The notes under the pieces were generated by a model. The model had not been told where the DNA came from. It was given only the letters and a program-made list of their open reading frames with translations, and made no database searches. A DNA stretch of 60,763 nucleotides, from the NCBI GenBank assembly GCA_945834475.1, contig CAMAHK010000004.1, positions 1 through 60,763 of the forward strand, read 5' to 3'. Source of the stretch: an uncultured Verrucomicrobiota bacterium (GTDB taxonomy: Bacteria > Verrucomicrobiota > Kiritimatiellia > RFP12 > UBA1067). A program made the translations under genes and the position numbers. Numbering within the stretch: the stretch's first letter is position 1; each line of letters begins with the position of its first letter. Shown here piece by piece: positions 35,580 to 43,619 of this stretch.

Positions 35580-38500
35580 ATGAAGACTCTGTCCATCAAG
35601 CTGTTACTCGGGTCGGCTGCCGTCTTTTGCGCGACGGTGGCCCAGGCCATCAATGGCGAGGACTGGCTGGGCGAGGGCGAGGATACGCTCGCGTCCAACT
35701 CCGCCAACTGGCAGGGCGGCCGCGCGGCCGATTCCACGGCGGCGATGCGCTTTCAGAATCCCCCCGGGCGCACGGTGACTTTCGACAAGCTCTACACGGT
35801 CGGCAATTACCTTTGGGTCGGCGACAACCATGCGGGAACCTGTTTCGTTCCGGCGACGGAGACGACGGAGGAGATCTTCAATCCCGTCATCTGGCAGGCG
35901 ACGGATCCGACCTTCGGCATTCAGCAGACGGGCGGCAATACGCATTTCCGCTTGGGCGACGCCGGCAACCAGAATTCGGCCCTGCAGATCAAGAGCGGCA
36001 CGTATACGACCGATGCCGAGGCGTGGTTCGGTAAGGGCGGCGCCAAGACGAAGGTCGTGATGGACGGCGGCAAGGTTTTCTCCAAGGGCAATTTTCTCGT
36101 GGGCGCGGGCGGCTCGACGACAGTGGTCGAACTTAACGAAGGCGTGCTGGAGACGAGCGGCGACTTCGTCATGTCCGACAACGCCTCCGGTGCTTCCTAC
36201 CTGACCGTCGGCAGCGGCGATCCCACCCGTTCCGCAAAGGTGACGGTGCCGACCTATCGCTGGGCGAAGCTTACAGCGGCAGATTATGGCACGGGCATTC
36301 TGACCTTGAAGACGGGCGGCGAATTTCACTGCGGCTTCCTCCAGATGAACGCGGCCAATTCGCAGGTCATCTTCGACGGCGGTACGTTCGTGAAGGATGG
36401 TGATGTCAGCAACACCACGGGCGCGCTCTTCGGACGCAACCAGAATGATCCATACAAGTTCTGGGTGAATCCAGGCTCGCACCTTCAGGTGACGGAAAAT
36501 GGCGGTACGCTCGACATCGGAACGAGCGCGACGCAGATTGACATGCCGATCATTCTGGCGGCGGGCGCGACATCCGGTACGCTCGTCACGAAGGGTGCGG
36601 CGCGGCTTACGCTCAACGCGGCGGACGGTTTTGATGGTACGCTGCATGTGACGGAGGGCGGCGTCCTTCAGCTCAAGGCGGGCGACACGATTGGTGGGCT
36701 CGAAATCGAGGATGGTGCGTTCGTCTATTTCCCAGCGGTTGAATTTACGGAGGAAACGACGACGGTCACGCTCCTCACGGTCAAGGGCGATGTCTCGGCG
36801 CTCGCGGGCAAAGTCGTGTGCGCGAATGCGGATGTGACGGCTACGGTCAACGACGGCACAACGACGTTCGTCGCGCAGCCGCTCGCGGAGGGAGCGCCGG
36901 CGCGGACATATTGGCTCAGTGGAACGTCGGATAACTGGAATGACGCGGTGCGGTGGTCGAATGGTGCGCCGACGGCGGACATGGAAGCGGTCTTCCTTAA
37001 GTCCGTCCTCATTCGCATGAATGGCGATCGTACGGCGAAGAAGATCACGATCGGCAAGGGCTGCACACTCACATTCCATAAGAGCGGCAGCTGGCCGAAC
37101 GTTCGTGCGGAAGAGATTTCCGGCGAAGGCCGCATGGTCGTCTCCTCCTGCGGCATTGTGCCAATCGCCGAAAAGACGCTAAAGCTGTATGTCAATGTCG
37201 ATACGGATGATACGGTCGCTGGGGCGAATCAGGATTGCTGGATCGAGGGTAATCACGATACGAGTCGCGTCGAACTTTATGGTACGCTCACGGCCGAAAA
37301 GTCCGCGGTTCGTATCAATAAGGCTATGGATGTCTATGGTAAGATTCTTATCAAGATGACGTCCGACGACGACAACTATATTCAGAATTCGTCGATTAAG
37401 GCGGGTGGTAGCCTTGAGGTCGTGGAGGGTGGCAAGGCGGAAATCCGTGGCGGCATGTCGTACGAAGAAGGTTCCGAGGTCTTGGTGAATGGCGCGCTGA
37501 CGCTGACGGCGAACAACACCTTCTCGGGTGCACTTGCGGGTACTGGTACGGTTGAGGTGTTGACACCTTATACGTTCTCGGGTAACAACGAGGCGTTCGC
37601 GGGTACGGTCAACAAACCGTGGAAGGAAGCACTCCGCTTCGACTCCGTAACGTCCGGCTCGCCGTTTGCGACTTGGAACCTCGTGGGTGACCTCCGCACG
37701 TCGATTGTCGAAGGCACGCTCAAGTTCGGCGCGATCAATTACGCGATGAAGGACAACTGGTGCGCCTTCTACGCGGAGAAGGCGACCGATCTGGTCGTTG
37801 AAATCGGTGCGAAGGAAGACGTCAATTCGAATCTCGGTACGGCGAGTCACATTTGTTACATCGGCGACAACAAGAGCGCCGTGACGATCCGCAAGGTCGG
37901 CGCGGGTAACCTCGACATGTGGTTTGACCAGTACAATACCATCGATCTCCATGAAGGTACGGTCAGCTTCCAGAACAACAATGGTCCGTCGTCGACGTAC
38001 ACCTTCACGGGTGGCACGATGAAGCTTCCGTATGTGCCGACCTGGAACTTCCTCGACCGCATCCAGGACTCGACCGGACCCGTCTCGATCGATACGGATG
38101 GCGTGGACATCGGCTTCTGGCAGAAGGGCACGATCAACAGCTCGAACACGGGCGGTTTCACGAAGAAGGGCGAGGGTGTCATGACCTTCTGGGCGGATCT
38201 CGCGTACACGGGTCCGACGACGGTGGAGGGCGGTTCGCTCCTCGTCAAGGGCGGGCTCGAAGGCAATGCGGGCGGTGCGGTCACCGTAGCCGAGGGGGCG
38301 CAACTGAAGCTCTACGTCGACCACATGAGCTTCATCGACGGGATGCCGACGACCGTGTTCAACGGCACGATCGACGAGGAGAGTGTGAAGCGGGTCGTCA
38401 TCACCGGCAAGAACAACGAGTTCGTCGTCTCGGCGGGCGAAGGCGTCGTGCTCGCGACGTCGGCGCCGGCTGACAACACGGTGCCGAACCACTGGGTCGG

Positions 38501-39779
38501 CCTTGGTTCCGACAACTGGACGACAACGGCCAACTGGTCGAAGGGCGTCCCGCAGAACGAGCAGACGATTCAGATCGACTATACGGCCCGCATCGCGAAC
38601 ATCCAGGGGTCGATCAATCTCAAAAAGATCATCGTCGCGGCCGGTGCCGAGGCACAGTTCGTGACACGCAATTACAATACGCATCCGTCGCTCAACGTGA
38701 ATGCGATTGAGATCCTCGGCGAAGGCGAGGCGACGATCGCGCTCGACCACTGCGGCGTTCAGTCGCGCGTCGGACGCTATGACACGCCGGTAAATCTCAA
38801 CTTCCGCATGGTGTCGACGACGACGGACGGCTGGCTCCGCGACCTGAACCTCAAGGGCAAGCTCCTTGGCAACGGCATCTTGCGTCCGTATACGGTCCAT
38901 TTCTACGGTGACAACAGCGAATTCCAGGGCAAGATCACCGTCCTGGATTCGGGCAGCCGCATCTGCGATCCGGCGGCGAGCCTTCCGAACGGAATCCTCG
39001 AGCTTGCGCACGACATCTCGTTTGACATCATGGAGGGAACTTTCAAGATCGGCTCGCTCGATACGCACGAGCAGCGCCTTTGGTATACGAAGGCCGGATC
39101 GACGGCTGTCATCGAAGTCGGTCATCGCAACGAGAACTTCGGCCGGGCCGATTCGAAGTACTTCTTCGGTCCGGAGACCTATAGTGCGATCGACGTTCCC
39201 GAGATCACCTTCAAGAAGGTTGGTACGGGCAAGTGGACGAATTCGATGAAGGGCCTCCGCCACATCATCGTCGAAGAAGGCGAACTTGCGCTCGTCAATT
39301 GCCCGTGTGGGGATCTCATGTTCGACAACAACCATGGCTACGAGATCGAGACGCTCGTCGTGAAGGCGGGCGCGACGCTGAGCGGTTCGGCGGGCGACCA
39401 GCCGATCAAGGCGCTGACGCTCGAAGAGGGCGCGATTCTCAAGACGACGCTTTCGGAAGTGACCGAAGGCGAGGGTGAAGAGGCCGTGACGACCGTTGTT
39501 CAAAGCGCGCAGCCGGTGGTGGACGGCGATGTGACGATCGAAGGCCAGGGCGCGATCGTTCAGGTCGACGGGGCGGAGCTCGTGAAGACCGGCGACAAGC
39601 TGACGCTTCTTTCGGTGACGGGCGAGGGCCATGCGATTACCGGCACCGCCGCGCTCAAGGAGGGGACGGTACTCCCGACGGATCCGTCGAATCCGAACAA
39701 GGTCTGGCGCATCCGGAACAAGGCGACCCGACTCGAGCTCGGCGAAGGGACCAAGGGCTTTGTCGTCATCATCCAGTAA
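35580..39779 (+). CDS. Giant secreted PATR-repeat surface protein (1399 aa)
   Basis: It has a signal peptide. The motifs IRKVGAGNLDMW, FTKKGEGVMTFWADLAYTGPTTVEGGSLLVKG and FKKVGTGKWT match the autotransporter-associated beta-strand repeat. The C-terminus is TKGFVVIIQ. Confidence 0.75.
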   Translation: MKTLSIKLLLGSAAVFCATVAQAINGEDWLGEGEDTLASNSANWQGGRAADSTAAMRFQNPPGRTVTFDKLYTVGNYLWVGDNHAGTCFVPATETTEEIFNPVIWQATDPTFGIQQTGGNTHFRLGDAGNQNSALQIKSGTYTTDAEAWFGKGGAKTKVVMDGGKVFSKGNFLVGAGGSTTVVELNEGVLETSGDFVMSDNASGASYLTVGSGDPTRSAKVTVPTYRWAKLTAADYGTGILTLKTGGEFHCGFLQMNAANSQVIFDGGTFVKDGDVSNTTGALFGRNQNDPYKFWVNPGSHLQVTENGGTLDIGTSATQIDMPIILAAGATSGTLVTKGAARLTLNAADGFDGTLHVTEGGVLQLKAGDTIGGLEIEDGAFVYFPAVEFTEETTTVTLLTVKGDVSALAGKVVCANADVTATVNDGTTTFVAQPLAEGAPARTYWLSGTSDNWNDAVRWSNGAPTADMEAVFLKSVLIRMNGDRTAKKITIGKGCTLTFHKSGSWPNVRAEEISGEGRMVVSSCGIVPIAEKTLKLYVNVDTDDTVAGANQDCWIEGNHDTSRVELYGTLTAEKSAVRINKAMDVYGKILIKMTSDDDNYIQNSSIKAGGSLEVVEGGKAEIRGGMSYEEGSEVLVNGALTLTANNTFSGALAGTGTVEVLTPYTFSGNNEAFAGTVNKPWKEALRFDSVTSGSPFATWNLVGDLRTSIVEGTLKFGAINYAMKDNWCAFYAEKATDLVVEIGAKEDVNSNLGTASHICYIGDNKSAVTIRKVGAGNLDMWFDQYNTIDLHEGTVSFQNNNGPSSTYTFTGGTMKLPYVPTWNFLDRIQDSTGPVSIDTDGVDIGFWQKGTINSSNTGGFTKKGEGVMTFWADLAYTGPTTVEGGSLLVKGGLEGNAGGAVTVAEGAQLKLYVDHMSFIDGMPTTVFNGTIDEESVKRVVITGKNNEFVVSAGEGVVLATSAPADNTVPNHWVGLGSDNWTTTANWSKGVPQNEQTIQIDYTARIANIQGSINLKKIIVAAGAEAQFVTRNYNTHPSLNVNAIEILGEGEATIALDHCGVQSRVGRYDTPVNLNFRMVSTTTDGWLRDLNLKGKLLGNGILRPYTVHFYGDNSEFQGKITVLDSGSRICDPAASLPNGILELAHDISFDIMEGTFKIGSLDTHEQRLWYTKAGSTAVIEVGHRNENFGRADSKYFFGPETYSAIDVPEITFKKVGTGKWTNSMKGLRHIIVEEGELALVNCPCGDLMFDNNHGYEIETLVVKAGATLSGSAGDQPIKALTLEEGAILKTTLSEVTEGEGEEAVTTVVQSAQPVVDGDVTIEGQGAIVQVDGAELVKTGDKLTLLSVTGEGHAITGTAALKEGTVLPTDPSNPNKVWRIRNKATRLELGEGTKGFVVIIQ

Positions 39780-39792
39780 GGCGGGCTGGGAG

Positions 39793-39899
39793 AGCGCCAC
39801 GGCGTGAGGTCACGCCGGGTACTACTTGGTCCTGCCACGGCGTGAGGTCACGCCGGGTACTATTTGGTCCTGCCACGGCGTGAGGTCACGCCGGGTACT
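39793..39899. repeat. Three tandem REP copies
   Basis: (GGTCCT)GCCACGGCGTGAGGTCACGCCGGGTACT occurs three times. Confidence 0.9.
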
Positions 39900-39912
39900 G
39901 TCTGGGGTGATT

Positions 39913-39954
39913 CCCAAAAGGGGTATTCCCCGCGTGCTGTCGATGTTGTAAAAT
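39913..39954 (+). promoter_or_regulatory. Promoter (box + N22 + TAAAAT)
   Basis: CCCAAAAGGGGTAT (39913-39926) and TAAAAT (39949-39954). ATG 39962 follows after 7 nt. Confidence 0.5.
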
Positions 39955-39961
39955 ATGCTTC

Positions 39962-40933
39962 ATGAATCGCATTCCCTTCATTCTTCTGGCGGCTTTCTCG
40001 CTGGCCCTTTCCTCCTTCGCGGAGGAGGCGTATCTCTTTTCGTACTTCAGCAATAAGGATTTCGGGGGGCGACGAGGTGAGGCCGCAGGACTTCACCTCG
40101 CCTATTCCTATGACGGCAAGACATGGACGGCGCTCAACGGGGACGAGCCGCTCCTGGTGCCGGAGGTCGGCAAGGACAGGCTGATGCGCGATCCGTCGAT
40201 CTGCCGGGGCCCGGACGGCGTCTTCCACATGGTCTGGACGTCGAGCTGGCACGACCGGATCATCGGCTATGCGTCCTCGACAAACCTTGTGGACTGGAGC
40301 GAGCAGCGGGCGATTCCCGTGATGACCCACGAGACGACGGCGCGAAACTGCTGGGCCCCGGAGCTGACGTATGATTCCGACAACGGACTTTTCTATATCT
40401 ACTGGGCGACGACCATTCCGGGGCGGCATACGCCGATCGCGGGCATGGAAAAGAAGGAAAACAAGCTCAATCACCGCATCTACCTGACGACGACAAAGGA
40501 CTTCAGGACCTTCTCGCCGACGCGGCTGTGGTTCAATCCGGACTTCAGTGCCATTGACGCCGCCGTCGTGCGCGATCCGGCGGCGAAGGACTGGATCATG
40601 GTCGTCAAGAACGAAAATCACACGCCAGCCGAGAAAAACATCCGCGTGACGCGGACGGCCGATCTCGCGACGGGCTTTCCGACGGAGGTTTCGTCCGCGA
40701 TCACGCCGAACTGGGTCGAGGGACCTTCGCCGCTTTTTGTCGGCGAGAGTCTTTACGTCTATTTCGACTGCTACACGAAAGGGCGCTTCGGCGCCGTGCG
40801 CAGCGACGATCGGGGGCAGACCTGGACGGATGTGAGCGGCGTGGTCTCCTTTCCGAAGGGCGTCCGTCACGGCACGGCCTTCGCCGTCGAGAAGAAGGTC
40901 GTTGACAGGCTCGTGAAGAGACTCGGGAAATAG
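39962..40933 (+). CDS. Secreted GH43-like five-bladed-propeller protein
   Basis: LMRDPSICRGPDG, CWAPELTYD..GLFYIYWA, AIDAAV and WVEGPSP correspond to the GH43 Asp/Asp/Glu-region motifs. It is a paralogue of the N-terminal domain of 41040..42947. Confidence 0.7.
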   Translation: MNRIPFILLAAFSLALSSFAEEAYLFSYFSNKDFGGRRGEAAGLHLAYSYDGKTWTALNGDEPLLVPEVGKDRLMRDPSICRGPDGVFHMVWTSSWHDRIIGYASSTNLVDWSEQRAIPVMTHETTARNCWAPELTYDSDNGLFYIYWATTIPGRHTPIAGMEKKENKLNHRIYLTTTKDFRTFSPTRLWFNPDFSAIDAAVVRDPAAKDWIMVVKNENHTPAEKNIRVTRTADLATGFPTEVSSAITPNWVEGPSPLFVGESLYVYFDCYTKGRFGAVRSDDRGQTWTDVSGVVSFPKGVRHGTAFAVEKKVVDRLVKRLGK

Positions 40934-41013
40934 TACCCGCCGTGACCTCACGGCGAGGCGTGGTAACGGTCGTGGCTGGGAGAGCGCCACGGCGTGAGGT
41001 CACGCCGGGTACT
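40932..41013. repeat. Inverted REP pair (mini-MITE, ~82 bp)
   Basis: AGTACCCGCCGTGACCTCACGGCGAGGCGTGGTAA ... AGCGCCACGGCGTGAGGTCACGCCGGGTACT. The left end overlaps the TAG stop of the previous gene. Confidence 0.85.
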
Positions 41014-41039
41014 AGAAAGAATGGTGGTTGTTGGAAGTG

Positions 41040-42947
41040 ATGCGTAGTTTGCTGATAGTATTGGCGCTGGCGATGGCCCTTTCCGCCTTTGGCGAAAAGG
41101 GATACCTCTTTTCGTATTTCAGCGACAATCCTTCGGGCGGACGGCGCGGCGAGGCCGCGGGGTTGCATCTCGCCTGGTCGTTTGACGGACTCAACTGGAC
41201 GGCGCTCAACAACGACCAGCCGATTCTCGTGCCCGCGTTGGGCCGTGCGCGCCTGATGCGCGACCCGTGCGTCTGCCGGGGACCGGACGAGACCTTTCAT
41301 CTCGTCTGGACGACGGACTGGACGGGCGGGTCCATCGGCTATGCTTCAACGCGTGACTTTGTGAATTGGACGCCGCAACGCGAGCTGCCGGTGATGGCCG
41401 ATGAACCGACGACGCGCAACTGCTGGGCGCCGGAGCTCACGTACGATCCGAAGGACGGACTCTTCTATCTCTACTGGTCCTCGACGATCCCGGACCGCCA
41501 TTCGCCGATTCCCGACATGGACAAGCGCGAAGCGGCGCTCAACCACCGCATCTACCGGGCGACAACACGGGATTTCGAGACCTTTTCGCCGTCGCGGCTC
41601 TGGTTTAATCCGGACTATAGCGCGATTGACGCCTCGCTCTGTTACGTTCCCGCGGCGGACGACTGGCTCTTCTTCGTCAAGAACGAAAACCACACGCCGC
41701 TCCAGAAGAACCTGCGGATGATGCGCGTGAAGTCCCTCGCGGGCGACCTGCCGTCCGCAACCGGCGAGCCGCTGACGGGGGCGTGGACGGAAGGGCCGAG
41801 TGCACTCTGGGTCGACAAGACGCTTTATCTCTACTTCGACCTTTACAAGGCGCATGCCTACGGCGTGTTGCAGAGCCTTGACGGCGGCCGGACCTGGACG
41901 GATGTCTCGGACCGGCTGCGCATGCCGCGCGGCATGCGTCATGGCACGGCGTTCGAGGTTGACCGCAGTCTCATCTATGATCTCCTAAACGTTCGATGGG
42001 AGCCGTCAACGCCGACGGAGACGTCCGCCGCGACGACGGAAACGCACGGCGTGACGCTGGCCGGTCTCACGATGGGTGCCGAAAAGCTCCTTCGATATGG
42101 CGAGAAGGTCCGGATCGAGGGGGAACTTACGTATCTCGTCTCCGACGGTGCCGACTTCCATTTGACAATGGATGCGAATGGCGAGCTGAAGGTTGTTGCC
42201 GTGCCGAGTTGGTGGACGCCCGCTCGTGTGGCGACAGCCCTTGTGCTTGTGCTCCTGCTGATTGCGGCGCTTCTCGGTTGGGCGCTGGTCTTGCGCCACC
42301 AGAAGAAGGCCGAGGCCCGCGTCAACGAGGCCGTTCAGAAGGAGCGCCTGCGTCTGTCGCGCGACCTGCACGACGGCTATCAGCAGCTTCTGGCCGGCTG
42401 TATGTTCCGCCTCACGGCCGCCACGACGCTTGTCGGCAAGAACGCGACCGCCAAGGCGCTCGCCCAGCTCGAGGGCTTGCGCAGTTCGCTGACACACGCC
42501 CAGGCGGAACTCCGTGCGGCGCTGTGGACGATGACCGAAGAGGCCGAAGGCCCGGCGGCCGTGGCGGATCTCTTCCGCTATGCCTCTTCGCGTCTGCCCC
42601 ACTGGGAGGGCATCGTCTCCTTCGAGACGGAAGGCGTGGAAAAGCCGATTACGCGGCGTTATGCGGGCGCGCTCCTGATGATTCTGCAGGAAGCGGTCGG
42701 CAATGCGATCCGTCACGGCGGGGCGACATCCGTGCGCGTCAAAGTCGTCTTTGGACGAAAGGGACTTGCGATGATCGTCAGGGATAACGGCTGTGGCTTC
42801 GATCTCGCGGCGGCGGAGGCGAGGTCCGGCGGACTCAATCTCGGACTTTCCGGCATGCGCAGCCGCGCCGAGAAAATCGGCGGACGTTTCGCGGTGCGGG
42901 CTTGGCCCGGTCGGGGCGCGGAGGTGCGCGTAATTTTGGGGGAATGA
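41040..42947 (+). CDS. Sensor histidine kinase with extracytoplasmic GH43-like domain (GH43-like + TM + HisKA_3 + HATPase_c)
   Basis: The N-terminal 300 aa are homologous to 39962..40933. The TM segment is ATALVLVLLLIAALLGWALVL. LSRDLHDGYQQLL marks the HisKA_3 His, and ILQEAVGNAIRHG..DNGCGFD marks the ATPase. I chose ATG 41040; the track starts at TTG 41028. Confidence 0.8.
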   Translation: MRSLLIVLALAMALSAFGEKGYLFSYFSDNPSGGRRGEAAGLHLAWSFDGLNWTALNNDQPILVPALGRARLMRDPCVCRGPDETFHLVWTTDWTGGSIGYASTRDFVNWTPQRELPVMADEPTTRNCWAPELTYDPKDGLFYLYWSSTIPDRHSPIPDMDKREAALNHRIYRATTRDFETFSPSRLWFNPDYSAIDASLCYVPAADDWLFFVKNENHTPLQKNLRMMRVKSLAGDLPSATGEPLTGAWTEGPSALWVDKTLYLYFDLYKAHAYGVLQSLDGGRTWTDVSDRLRMPRGMRHGTAFEVDRSLIYDLLNVRWEPSTPTETSAATTETHGVTLAGLTMGAEKLLRYGEKVRIEGELTYLVSDGADFHLTMDANGELKVVAVPSWWTPARVATALVLVLLLIAALLGWALVLRHQKKAEARVNEAVQKERLRLSRDLHDGYQQLLAGCMFRLTAATTLVGKNATAKALAQLEGLRSSLTHAQAELRAALWTMTEEAEGPAAVADLFRYASSRLPHWEGIVSFETEGVEKPITRRYAGALLMILQEAVGNAIRHGGATSVRVKVVFGRKGLAMIVRDNGCGFDLAAAEARSGGLNLGLSGMRSRAEKIGGRFAVRAWPGRGAEVRVILGE

Positions 42948-42951
42948 AAAA

Positions 42952-43557
42952 ATGACAGTGAAGATCATGATCGTCGACGACCATCCGGTCGTGAGAAGCG
43001 GGCTTGAGGCGATGCTCTCGGTCGAGGAGAATCTGGAGGTCGTCGCCACGGTCGAAGGCGGTGATGCGGCTTTGGCCTGGTGTCAGCAGCATCGGTCGCG
43101 TCCGGATGTCGTCGTTGCGGACGTTCACATGCCGCACGGGGACGGGTTCGCGATGCTGGGGGCGTTCAAGAACGCCTATCCGGCGGTCAAGGTGCTGCTG
43201 CTCGCGGGCATGCCGCTGAAGGACGAGGAGTCGCGCGCTCACGAGGACGGTGCAGCCGGATATCTGCCGAAGTCCATCGACGGACGTCGGCTCATTCTGG
43301 CCATCAACCGTGTCGCCAAGGGGTGCGCGTTCCTGACCGATGCCTTCACGCAGAATACGGGTGTCTTGAGCGACAAGGAGCTGACGGTCCTGCAGTATGC
43401 GGCCGAAGGCAAGACGCGCGACGAGATCGCGATCATCCTCAACAACAGTTCGGAAACGGTCAAGAGCCACTTGCGGTCCATCATGCACAAACTGGACACG
43501 ACGAACACCACGGCGTCTGTCGCGCGGGCGATAGCCCTCGGCCTCCTTCGTGTCTGA
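42952..43557 (+). CDS. NarL/LuxR-family response regulator
   Basis: The receiver domain is KIMIVDDHPVVRSGL..DVVVADVHMP and the C-terminal LuxR HTH is LSDKELTVLQYAAEGKTRDEIAIILNNSSETVKSHL. Confidence 0.9.
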   Translation: MTVKIMIVDDHPVVRSGLEAMLSVEENLEVVATVEGGDAALAWCQQHRSRPDVVVADVHMPHGDGFAMLGAFKNAYPAVKVLLLAGMPLKDEESRAHEDGAAGYLPKSIDGRRLILAINRVAKGCAFLTDAFTQNTGVLSDKELTVLQYAAEGKTRDEIAIILNNSSETVKSHLRSIMHKLDTTNTTASVARAIALGLLRV

Positions 43558-43571
43558 TTCGCGTTCGAATA

Positions 43572-43613
43572 CCCGATAGGGGGATTTCTGCGATCCTGCG
43601 CGTTTGGTAGAAT
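43572..43613 (+). promoter_or_regulatory. Promoter (box + N22 + TGgTAGAAT)
   Basis: CCCGATAGGGGGAT (43572-43585) and TAGAAT (43608-43613). ATG 43620 follows after 6 nt. Confidence 0.5.
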
Positions 43614-43619
43614 GTCAGT

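Noticed and set aside
13497-39779. Calling the two PATR-repeat proteins classical autotransporters
   Set aside because: Neither ends in a recognisable ~250-300-aa beta-barrel translocator domain. Only the passenger-type repeats are present, so I describe them as PATR-repeat surface proteins.
8699-39800. Very long minus-strand ORFs (8699..11335, 13824..16082, 24240..24935, 25277..26593, 27676..28962, 31044..32453, 32945..34027, 35604..37079, 37179..39800)
   Set aside because: They are antisense shadows of well-supported + strand genes in high-GC DNA. They are Arg-rich with no domain signatures, while the + strand partners have clear family motifs.
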